DNA from: Owenia fusiformis
Lineage: Eukaryota
Assembly (NCBI GenBank): GCA_903813345.2
Contig: CAIIXF020000001.1
Location: forward strand, 28,396,001 to 28,460,000
Direction of reading: 5' to 3'
Length of the DNA: 64,000 nt
Part shown: in pieces, positions 35,657-54,171 of the stretch
How the letters are laid out: each line of letters starts with the position of its first letter
How positions within the stretch are numbered: the stretch's first letter is position 1
Program-made: the position numbers and the translations under genes
The notes under the pieces: generated by a model
Told to the model about the DNA's origin: nothing
The model's input: the letters and a program-made list of their open reading frames with translations, nothing else
The model's database searches: none

Positions 35657-37254
35657 TTAAAACTTCTACATATCATTCTCGATAATCTGTGGTCTTATGT
35701 GAGAAACTGAGCAATTGTGAAATGCTCGACATTCCGTTGTGTAACAATCTGTCGTAAAATCCCAGGTTGAAAAGAAAAATATGCATTGGATTCACGTTAA
35801 CGCGTTATGTAGTTATCAAATTTTATGTGGTGGTGTGTCATCTACAAATTTTGTTATGTCACATATCAAAAAGTGACTTATTGTTATCCCTCTCAGTTTT
35901 GTGCCTGGCTCCAGCAGTTGGTATCTGTAACATATTGTTACACTTTAGTAACTTTTTGTAACTATAGCCTTATCGTTTCTTGTTTTACAATTAATGTCTC
36001 ATATCAGATGACAAGTATCATGTACAGTATTTGGATTGCACGATCTGTCTCTACTATACACTTTATTGTATATCATTGAATTTGCCTTTAATATATATGT
36101 GGCTTCAGGAATATGATCAGAATCAAAAGGTATGTGTTTGTGCCTAAGTATATACTCTTTACATATTTCATATTTATTCCTAATAAGAAGATCTGTGTAT
36201 TTATTCAAGATTTTAGCCAATACTCTCTTTACTATAATATATTATGTACAATATCAATACTATATATCAGTACTTAAATTACAGACCACTGGTACATATT
36301 ATTTAAGAATTGTTATATGGGATCAAGTACTAGATGTTTGAAAATCACATCCAGTGGACAAATAACTGAATTATGGATAACCAATGTCCTGATAAAATGT
36401 GTTTCATGGGAGATGACACCTCAAAATGGAACAATTGATCTCATTTTTGAATTAGTCATTGACTCCTGGATTCTCTTCAAGCAAAGCTCTAATACTGTAT
36501 TGTACTGTGGTTCATCAGTTGCTTATTTTAGCAAAAAACGATGCAGTTGAATGAAAGTAAAGAGGAATGTAGCCTACTGACTAAAGAAGAATGGTATACA
36601 TGTTCAATAACATGTACCAGTAATATAACTGACACTTAGTTATATATACCAGTTTTGTTACATGTATATGTTTAGATGTATGTTGAACTTCCAAATATGG
36701 AGAATGTAACATTTACACCAGAAATACTCATATTATAATAAATGCACCGTATCTTACCATGGGCTTTGAAAGTCAATGATCTTACATAGTTTTATGCATG
36801 GCCTTTCAATAGACCAATAGAGTTCATCAAAGTGGAATGTCAATGTAAATGTATCTGTTATATAGATGGAAATCTTTGTATTTTGAACATCTCTATGGAA
36901 ATCTTATCAATTAGTGCTAAGTGGATATTTTGTTTTTGTTATATAATGTGAAAACAGTGTCAAAATGGAGGTTTTTGTGCTGTTTTTGGAATCTCATAAT
37001 TTGTAAGATTTGTTGTGTATATTTGTTTTACTGTCCGGCCTATAGCCAGGGGGGGTGGGGGAAGGTTCGAGCCAACTTCCACTTGGCCAAAAATTCATGC
37101 AGTCATTTAGCATTCCATTCTGAGCACTTTTTGGTGATTTTGGGCCAAAGTTGTCAAATGTAACCCCCCCCCTGGAAACTTTTTGACAAGTGAACACCCT
37201 CAGCAAAACCTTGCTAGGGGCCTGACTGTATTATCTAGTTCTGTACTCTGAATG

Positions 37255-37400
37255 TAATGCCTTGGTCACATTTGCTCCGTATTTCACTACGGCGCCCGGC
37301 CAATTGAGTATTTTGTTCAAAATTGAATAAAATATTGAACAAAGCACTCAATCGGGCGGGTGCAGGCCGATGGATCAGAGCAAATGTGACCCAGGCATTA
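37255..37400. mobile_element. Short Harbinger-like MITE
   Basis: TGCCTTGGTCACATTTGCTC / GAGCAAATGTGACCCAGGCA inverted termini flanked by TAA/TTA. Confidence 0.65.
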
Positions 37401-38097
37401 ACAATCAGTTAAAGAAAACTTTAAGACAAGTTTAAATTTACAAAACTTTAATGTTCTCAGTTGTGAATGTTAATTTACAGTATGCAAATACATGTATCTG
37501 TTATATATAGCAATTCTAATTTAGAGATATTTACAATGCTTTCTCGGAAGCACTAACAGGATGCACCATATACATTATGGGAAATACTATGCTTTCTAGA
37601 GGAATACCCTGAACAACATAGTTCTAAATTAAATCTATATTGTGTAGCTGGTGTTTTTTCTAACATAGGCCAGGATTTAACTCAACATCCCAGTATTGAA
37701 CACATAAAGCATGGTTTAAGGATACATGGACACCTCTGAAAGTGGGACAGTTTTCAAATTACCCATTGGTGTAAACTGAAACTGTTTTAGTGGAAAATCT
37801 CCCAAGTGGAATAGTAGTTTGAATTACCAAAGATGTTGCACTTACGTAGGCTTTATTGTACATCAATATTTCATCTCAATACATGAAGCCAACTGATACT
37901 GATTTGTTCATCATTATAATTGTAGGGGATATAAGGTATTTTTCTGGATTTGTTGGTGAAAGAAAAGAAAAGCCATCTCCACAATTTGACCATCTGTGTT
38001 AAGAAAACTTGTTTATGTTCATATTCTGTTTATGCAATTTTCATCATCTAGAAAATTACATTGTACCATATGACAAGATGTTAGTTGCCAGGTTTTT

Positions 38098-38626
38098 ATG
38101 TCACCACCAAAAAGTGGTGACATATTGTTATGGTCTCTGTTTTTTGTGATGGCGGTTGGTGGTTGGCGATCGGCGGGTGGCGGTTGGCGGTTGGCGCCTG
38201 TAACAAATTCTTAAAACTTCCAATAACTTAACAAATACTGTTTAGACTGACTTCAATTTTTTTCTAAATCATCTACAAGTTTTCAGAAGTTCAAATCTGA
38301 CTTTATATTTAGGATTTGACCTTCGGTTTGACTTTTCAAGGTCCAAAAAGGTCTTTTTTCAACTTGCTTGAAATTGATCCAATTTTTTTTCGAAATCATC
38401 TACAAGTTCTCAGAAGTTCAAATCTGACTTTATATTTGAGATTTCACCTTCAATGACCTTCTCAGGGTCAAAAAAGTCTATTTTCAAATTGCTTCAAATT
38501 GACCAATTTTGTTTTCAAAATCATCTACAAGTTCTCAGAAATTCAAATCTGACTTAAGATTGAACTCATAATATTGTGAGCAACTTGGTGGTGACATTTC
38601 ATCATGATAATGCCTACTTATTAGTT
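38098..38626 (+). mobile_element. Second Helentron-like (HINE) family, full-length copy
   Basis: ATGTCACCACC...GTGGTGACAT 5' inverted repeat, (GGCGGTT)n-like microsatellite, ~3 internal ~125-bp repeats, 3' subTIR GGTGGTGACAT plus hairpin. Truncated copies at ~1909, 3037, 3139 and 20857. Confidence 0.75.
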
Positions 38627-39784
38627 CTTGTTGCTTGAATCGTACACTTTTTCGGGAGAGATGAGGTCAAGGAAACCTTCCCCAAAACATATCAGAGGTT
38701 ACGCCCGGTGATCGTACAAAACGGATGGAGGGGGATTAGGCAATTTCTGCAAGAAAACTCAACAAATTTGGAAGTTTTTTATTTTTTTCAAGAGGAATTC
38801 CTATTCATTTGGCAATTCAGTTGTAAATTTTCTCTTGAAAAAATAGGCAAGGTAAAGAAATTGTTGTCTATTGACCCCTCCCTCTTATGTTATACCCACA
38901 CAATATAAAAAGAGATAGGAAGATGGGAAAGAGAAATAATATTCCTCCAAGGTAAAACCCACCAACATCACCATTGGATTATATATTAATATTTACATTA
39001 CAAAATAATATGTATTTTACTTCAAAATTGTATTTAAAATATTTACTTATATACATTTTGTCTAGACATGTTCTAGACCATTTATATTATATTAATATAT
39101 TATATGCTATTATACAGTGCTATCATCGATTCAATAAATTTTACTGAGTGTAATTTATCTCTGGTGTTAATATTGCATTTACCAGATTAACAACAACCTA
39201 TAACCAGATTTTCTCAAATGTATTGGTGTAAAGGAAAGCCTCACATTTGATCTTCGGTGGCCATAGCTTCACAAATTCGATATAGAAAATCTACAGTGTG
39301 CCGTTTATGCCCGTATTTTATCTGCATATTTCTCTAAATTTTGGAAACCAACGGCTGTCGTACAGTTGCCATAGATCAAATGTGACTGAGGCATTAGATC
39401 CAGTAAAACCTGTCATGTGGAATTGCTCTTTAAGTGGAACACTTTTCACAATCCCATAGCCCATTGACGTCATGTTAACAGAAGAACCTCTCCTATATGG
39501 AACACCTTTTAGTGGAAACAAGAGTGTTACACTAGACAGGATTAACTGAGAGTGTTCCACTAGACAGGATTAACTGTACTACACCATAGAGCATTTTATT
39601 ATGATTTTGTAACAGACTGCTACATTTTAGATCCATTCACTTAAAATATTTCAGTATTCGCTATTCGTGTCTCTCCCACTTGTAGTCTCAGATGATTTGG
39701 TGACAGTATAAAATGACATTTAACAACATTATGACAAAGCTTATCTGTGTTTAAGACACAGCAAGTATCTAGTCCAAAGCTACA

Positions 39785-42605
39785 TCAATGCGTTGCAGAT
39801 TTGCTGCCTGTTCCAAATGGTGAAGGTTGTTGTCTTAGCCAAGGGGTGTTTCTCCTGTATCCGAAATTGCCATTGTATCCAGTAATTGGTTTAATACCTT
39901 GCATAAACTGGGCGTGCCCATCAACCAATTCTCTAGAATGACCTGGAAAATATAGTCCAATTTTGTAAGGTCAAGAGTAAAAGATGCAATGTTACCAATT
40001 CAACTTGTCTATGGTATTGATGAAGTAGACATGCTTTTTCGATTTTTCATTTAAGGGAAATAATACTATTTATATGAAAACTAAAAACATACCTGCACCA
40101 AATTGGTTTCTAAGGGAAAGATATTCGTGGCCAGCACCAGCTTCGTGGAATTTGTCCATGGTTTTACCTTCTATAGAGCAGCCTGTCTCCCCAGCCTGAA
40201 AAATAAAGAATTCTTTTAGAAATCACCTGTATAAATGATGATAAGCAACATGGTTTATGTAAGCTTTTTACATTCGGTTTGACTGTGGTTTATAGGTACA
40301 TGTATGGACATGAACATGGATACCCTTGGATGCACAGTCATCCTCAAACAGCTAAATATTATACTTATTTTTTTACATGTAAGTGATGGCCAACCTATAG
40401 TGCTGATATGGTGATTTGTGGCCGAAAAAGTATTGACTTTACCTCAATAAAGTTTATACTATAAAAAAAAAAAAATAGGTATTATCTTGCAAGCAAAAGG
40501 CTTGTGTTGATATATATACATACATCTGTATTGGCTAGCCAACAACAGTAGAAACAAATGATGGGATTTATTAGAGTAAGGTAATAGCCCAAGATGAAAA
40601 GAATAGCACAAAGTGAACCATTGATGACATATAACAATACATGTGTATACTGTGAAATTTTAATTTCATATTTATTTGCAATGCATTTCCGAATTTCATC
40701 AGAAAAAATATAAATTTATAAAAAATTAACACTCTGTTTCGTTTAAAGATAATTCTTAAGAATTATAGTGTGTAGTTTTATACAGAGATAGACATTATAT
40801 CAACTTGGTGAATATTTGATGATCTTTTAATGCGTCAATATCCACACTCTGTATACTAATGCCTACTTTGCCGTTAGAGACAATCGATTGAATGTATAGC
40901 TCTGCTAGCTATGATATAAGTAGGATCAATAGATAACAATCTATTGTCTAAAACCCCAGACAATTTCTAATTATCTCTCCAGCAGTAAGAAAAATATTTT
41001 GTAACTTATGTTATTCTTTCGGGAAATTAGATACACTTAGTTAATGTAGCTGTTTTTTGTAGTATTAAATGAGAACCTCACCAAACAATATGAAACCAAA
41101 TAAACAAATAGAAAAATTGATAATTTATGAAAGGGATCGAGTGATTGAGCTCAAATATGTAACTTTCGTTACAAGTTAAATCAAATTTGTTGATTAATTA
41201 AGATTTATTATCAGATTTATTAAGACTATTAAAGTATCCTCACTAAGCTAATTGTCAATAATAAATAATCACAGTAACATTATTATCATATCTAAATTCA
41301 CATTTGAATCTCTATTAAATACTTGAATAAAATCTATCCACCATTAAGTGAGGCGTACATTCCATAATTATATAATGTGTCTCATTTTGTTATAAATTGT
41401 TATGTTAGAGTTATCAAATTAAGCGCAGCTAAAGTACAATAGTTAGCATTTGATACTGATTTTTATAGCGGAAGATATTGTGAATTAATGTTTGATGTTT
41501 GTCATTAAACTATATTATCCTTATGTCATCTCAGCCTGTAGACATCTACTTTTCATCTATTTCCTTTGTTCTCCTTTGTTGTTGTTTCGTTTTTTATTAC
41601 CCATATTTTTTGATTAATCACTTATTCTAGGCAGGTAATAGTTACCAGAACAATATAGTATTTATTATTTATTACAGTTTCTTGGTGAATTAGCAAATTG
41701 CTTTGCAAATGATCCGATTACGTACACGTAAAAAAATTAATCGCATTGATTTAAAGTGGCAATACAGCAAAGAATTTCAAATATCAAATCCTAATTTTAT
41801 TAAATCAGCTATCTGATTATAAAACAGAAATTATTGAAGATACCCATTTTATTAGAACTGAAAACCACAAAAATCGAATAATCGTAGCGAAAAAGTTGGA
41901 GCTGTTGGGCCTCTTTGAAAATAGGCGCGATATGGAATGTTGCCAGCTAACATATTATAAAATTGTGACAATTAGTCTGTAGTCTTTGTTACATCTTTAA
42001 GTTCAATGAAACCAATTTTTAAGCCAATTCAGATTTCCTATAAATAATGACCAACAATCCATGGTGAACAAAAAATATAGTTTTGGTTTGATATTTGGTG
42101 ATGGTTTATAGGGGTTTTCATTGTTTTGTATTTTTGTACCTGTTGTTCTTTTATTTAGATATTTACACTTTTGAATTTGATTTTATTGGTTTGTTAACAA
42201 GATACAAACATGTACCTACTTTAAACATTCAACATTTCATTTACCAGTTAATAACAATGGTAAAGGTATAGTATTTTTTTAAATGGCTCCATTTAATGAA
42301 TGTTATACTACATAATTTTCTCTTACCTGTCCTGTCTTTTTTAATGTCGTATCAACACCTGAATAATTAAAATATGGCTTTGTGTGTTTGTCATTTTGAG
42401 AGTTGAAAGGTGGTACAACTGGTCCTAGTTTAGGGTTAGCCTTTGAGTAGTCCACAGAAATTGAGCTCACTGCATTTTGATCTAATGTAAACCCCCTTTC
42501 TTTTTCTAAAAGGTTCTCTGGGGGTGGAGTCCTAGGTGTTCTGTATATTTTATTACTGCTCCTTCTTGGGGATTTCCTGGGGCTTTTTTCTCCACTTTCT
42601 GACAT
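39785..42605 (-). CDS. SPMAP1: C17orf98/SPMAP1-like (sperm microtubule-associated) protein, 179 aa
   Basis: Exons 42605-42327, 40195-40093, 39942-39785; phase-consistent, 540 nt. EKERGFTLDQNAVS..PKLGPVVPPFNSQND..YF and C-terminal GYNGNFGYRRNTPWLRQ resemble C17orf98 as I recall it. Confidence 0.8.
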
Positions 42606-43513
42606 TGTTTAAGTTCTGGTTTAACCCGTTGTCCTGTGTGACTAGTATGGAAGCCTTCAGTCTGCCTGTTTTGTCAATATAGTCCAATGTGTACTGTGTT
42701 GAATTGTTGATAAAGTTTGCACATGCTCAGTAGTAAAGTTTGGGGGTTGCTAAGGAGCTGATAAGGCTTTACAGTCCTTTATTGTTGTACTATGAGATAT
42801 TGATTTAACTTATTCAACTTTAATATGCATTCAATAGGCTCATAGGGAGCTTTTATGTGTATGTACAATGTAGTCAGGCTATTTCTCTGGATCACATTTC
42901 ATACTATACCACGAGATCTATTGATCATAAACTATTTATATTTCCTATACATAGTGTGTCCTTATGAATAAATCTGAAAACTTAATGCTCCTATTTCAGA
43001 GGTAAACTGTCGTGAAATTTTCTTCAGTTACTTTTTTTTAAGTTTTTTTTACTCAAACTGTTCAGAAAGAAATCCAGGTATAATTTTAATCTCCTCTTGC
43101 AAAAACCAATTTCATTATTTATTAATCAGATTAATTTATTGATGATAATACACAATCCTTGAAAGCAAACTGGTTCAGCTAAAACAAATATTTGGGTAAT
43201 TTAAGAATATTAATTCAATTTCAATTGACATTAGTGCTTATAATTCACATGTAATTTATCTTTGGAGCTAGATGAGGTCAATTGTTTTCAGCTAAATCAT
43301 TTTAGTATACAGAAATGCTCAAAATCATGAGAATTCAAAATGAAGTCATCCACTTTAATGAGATAAAATCATAATTCTTGGATCTTTTAGAGACTAGGGA
43401 GGGAATGCCTGAGCAAAACCATTGTAAAGTTTTGACATTTTTTAAGTTATATCTCAGAACGATCAAAAATACAGAGGATGTAAAATGAAGAGGAACTACC
43501 AAAAGAAGGGATT

Positions 43514-44294
43514 AAGTTTCTCCCTTATGTTAAGGGAAACTATTTACAGCCTTCAATCAGTTTGTCTTGGACCACTATTCTTAGAACATACTGAGTATCT
43601 TTATCCAAGAATTTATTGTTTTTAAAAAAAAGAATTAGCCCAATCAAATAATGTTGAGACAATTCAATGAAGTTTCTCCCTTATGTTGAGGTAAAATGTT
43701 TACAGCCTTCTATCAGTTTGTCTTGGACCACTATTCTTAGAACATACTGAGTATCTTTATCCAAGAATTTATTGTTTTTAAAAAAAAGAATTAGCCCAAT
43801 CAAATAATGTTGAGACAATTCAATGAAGTTTCTCCCTTATGTTGAGGTAAAATGTTTACAGCCTTCTATCAGTTTGTCTTGGACCACTATTCTTAGAACA
43901 TACTGAGTATCTTTATCCAAGAATTTATTGTTTTTAAAAAAAGAATTAGCCCAATCAAATAATGTTGAGACAATTCAATGAAGTTTCGCCCTTATGTTGA
44001 GGTAAAATGTTTACAGCCTTCTATCAGTTTGTCTTGGACCACTATTCTTAGAACATACTGAGTATCTTTATCCAAGAATTTATTGTTTTTAGAAAAAGAA
44101 TTAGCCCAATCAAATAATGTTGAGACAATTCAATGAAGTTTCTCCCTTATGTTGAGGTAAAATATTTACAGCCTTCGATCAGTTTGTCTTGGACCACTAT
44201 TCTTAGAACATACTGAGTATCTTTATCCAAGAATTTATTGTTTTTAAAAAAAGAATTAGCCCAATCAAATAATGTTGAGACAATTCAATGAAGT
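43514..44294. repeat. 155-156-bp tandem repeat, 5 copies
   Basis: Unit starts AAGTTTCTCCCTTATGTTGAGG at 43514, 43670, 43826, 43981 and 44136; copies are near-identical. Confidence 0.95.
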
Positions 44295-45689
44295 ACAATA
44301 CCTTTAAATCATCAAAAATCTACATTTTTGAAACCTTGGAACCTAAAATGGAATGAACTTTCATTGCCCTATATAACCTCCCATTTTAACAAGGTTGGAT
44401 CTATCAAAGTAGGTATCAGCCTTCCATAATGTGATACCTTAAACATATAAAGTGTCTCCCCCCAGCCAAAAATTCTTTCAAAATCATACAGGTTTACCAT
44501 TCTGATCGCTTATTTCAAGTGATTTTGGCCTTTTTTAAACCAAAATTGTCAAATGTAAACCCGCCTGGAAATCTGGTTACGGCCCTGTGCTAGGCTATCA
44601 GCCCTTCTAAAAGTGAAATATCAGGAAAAGGGTTATACTCATAGACCATAAAATCACAAACAAACATTTATATTTACATATTATACTGTTTACCTTGTAT
44701 TGCTAACACTTCTGTGGTTACATACATATTAACATATTAAAGGTTGTATATAATAGAGTATTACTATTTTTACATAGATTTGTCAATCATTATTCCAAAT
44801 CTTCTCATCAGTTTACAACACGGCATGCATATATAGCTATAGCTAGATGGATCTAAAAAAATTTCACTGGTTTGGCAAAATGAGAAACAAACATATTTAT
44901 AAACTTTATGAAAAAAATCAAACAAATCGTACAAAACTCAAGTTATCATTTTTTTACGGATGATACAACCTGAAGAAACATTGACCAATCAGAGTTGTGC
45001 TTTAATTCACAAAGTATATATGTACTGTCGAACTGAACTCAGGACATGGTTTTTGAAAAAACTGTTACAAAATACTAAGCAAAAATAATGAACATGGATA
45101 AGAAATTACATAGGTAGAAACATACCATTACCCTTGCTTTCATTCCACAAATATTACTTCAATGAATTATAACATTGAATTGAATGCTGTGTATTTTCTA
45201 TGTGGATAATGTACTTTTTGGATCAAATCTGACACTTATTAATTTTAGTTATAATTTCATATCATAATGTATAATGAATATCAACTATAGTATACTACTT
45301 ACTGTACTGTACTATACTGTACTGTACGTATGGGTATTTAACATTGGATATATCATTCACGTGACAACATACTGTAATATTTTGCTACTGCATAAGTCCA
45401 CTCACTACCCATCATCTCAGATGCACCTCTTATCAATTTCGATTTTGACCAGGATGAAGAGGGTTTCTAGGATTCAAACTTATGAACTTCTGTTGTTCCA
45501 TTCGTGAACAATTCAGTATGTTATCATGAACTATGAACAATTCTGAATGCTCAATCAAGCGTTAACAATTCTGTATGTTCACTCGAGCTATCCACATATT
45601 GTTCAGCTGTTGATGTTGTCTTGTATAGTTCTTCATGGACAGGATCTAGAGAGTTCATTACGAGATGAATCCTTGGTTCCTCATTGGCT

Positions 45690-52309
<6,620 letters not shown>

Positions 52310-52342
52310 TTAAATTCTAATCTCATTCAAGAACATGCGTGA

Positions 52343-52718
52343 ACATTGTCACGGTCATATCAGGCTTTAACATTACCATGGTCATGACAGGCTATGCAAC
52401 ATAATATAGCATTGTCACAGTCATATCAGGCTTTAACATTACCACGGGCATGTCAGGTCTTGCAATATAGTATAGCATTGTCACAGTCATATCAGGGTTG
52501 AACATAACCACGGTCATGTCAGGTCTTGCAATATAATATAGCATTGTCAGGGTCATATCAGGCATTAATATTACCACGGTCATGTCAGGTCTAGCAATAT
52601 AGTATAGCATTGTCAGGGTCATATCAGGCTTTAACATTACCACGGTCATGTCAGGTCTTGCAATATAGTATAGCATTGTCATGGTCATATCAGGCTTCAA
52701 CATTACCACGGTCATGAC
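52343..52718. repeat. 66-bp tandem repeat (~5.7 copies; degenerate continuation after 53416)
   Basis: Unit ~GCATTGTCACAGTCATATCAGGCTTTAACATTACCACGGTCATGTCAGGTCTTGCAATATAGTATA. Confidence 0.9.
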
Positions 52719-53415
52719 TAGTTCAACAAGTTAAACCCAATACCACGGCTTTCATTTATTAATCTGACTGTTCTTGTTGACGTGGTTGGGTTTAACTTCC
52801 GTGCTATGCTTTCATTTGTTGCAAATTCTCACTATCAGTTATTAATAAAACGCGCATAGAAATCCATGCGCTGGCAAAGGCCACCATTAATTTTTTTGCA
52901 TCAAGGGCCGTATAGGCACGGATGTTAAGGACAGGGTGCATGTTGGGAAATTTTCTGCATTCCTCAATTGAGTCACATGTTATTTTTCAAACATGAATAA
53001 CTCCTTCCCCACATTGTCTACATCTTCCAAGTTTGCACAAAGAGTGCACTTCTGTGCCTAGAAAAGCCTTGTGAGAAGGTTTGTTTTGTAAAATGTATAA
53101 AAAATGAGAAAATTCAGTGAAAAAAATTTCTGAAAATTTTCTGATTTTTTTCACTGAATTTTCTTGTTTTTTATACACTTTATCAAAACATTCTTCTCAC
53201 AAGTCTTTTCTAGGCACATAAGTGCACTCTTTGTGCAAAACTGGAAGATATAGACAATGAAGGGAAGGAGGGATTCTTGTTTGAAAAATAACATGTGACT
53301 CAATTGAGGAATGCAGAAAATTTCCCATCATGCACCCTGACCTTAAACCTAGGGCGGGCCACAAACTATGTCAGATAAGAAATAAGGCCCAGACTAGGTT
53401 TAACTTGTTGAACTA
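52719..53415. mobile_element. MITE with 19-bp TIRs and 9-bp TSD
   Basis: TAGTTCAACAAGTTAAACC / GGTTTAACTTGTTGAACTA; TSD GGTCATGAC at 52710-52718 and 53416-53424. Confidence 0.85.
52929..53342. mobile_element. Fully palindromic TTAA-specific MITE nested in the previous element
   Basis: TTAA at 52925-52928 and 53343-53346; ~200-bp near-perfect inverted arms. Confidence 0.9.
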
Positions 53416-53961
53416 GGTCATGACAGGCCATGCAATATATAGCATTGTCCCGTTATACAAGACTATCACAATAACACTACCACGGTCATGGCAGGATCCT
53501 TGCGAAACTTAAAAACACTAAATAACACGGTGACGGTTGTGCAAGGCATAAGTCTTGCAACAGATAGGGTCAAGAAGTGATACAGGAAAGGTGATTCAGA
53601 TTTTCACTGCCCTAGGGACTGTAGTAAAATGATGGTGATGCCTGTGCTACAGTTTGAGGTTTATGAGAGAACTTTTATTAGAGACCATACTCCAAAGAGA
53701 GGTCTAGATGGCTAGACCTATAGCCTAGACCTAAAAATATAATGGACGGAGGGAGTAGAAAAATCGATCGAATATTTCCTCATTTTCTAAAGAGCTACTG
53801 TTTTCTATATCAATAAGGCTGGAACATAAACCCAAATGGATCAAAATCAGTGAGTATTATGTAGATCTATCTATCAGCCACAGACTTACTTGAATTTTTT
53901 GACAACTGCCTGATCTATAACTGTTTTAGTGATAAATTAAAAAAAGTGGGAGTTTACTCAC

Positions 53962-54171
53962 CAATGGCGGACCGACTCGGTAATTTCCGGTGAAGAATTT
54001 TACATAAAAATTAGAATATTTTTTATAAACTGATTAATCCGTTATGCTAATATAGACTAAGAAATAATTTCTTGTTAAAATATACATGAAATAATTGCTT
54101 ATAATAAATTATCGATCTCCGGAATCATCCGAACCATATCACGTGATCTTCCTCTTTACCAAAAAGTCGAC
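53962..54171. promoter_or_regulatory. Bidirectional AP2M1/RPL22 promoter with TCT/5'TOP start
   Basis: AP2M1 exon 1 donor GTGAGT at 53961-53956. TCACGTGA at 54139-54146. Pyrimidine tract CTTCCTCTTT at 54148-54157 just before the RPL22 ATG at 54172. Confidence 0.75.

Noticed and set aside
52392-52715. 107-aa repetitive ORF
   Set aside because: Translation of the 66-bp minisatellite in AP2M1 intron 1.
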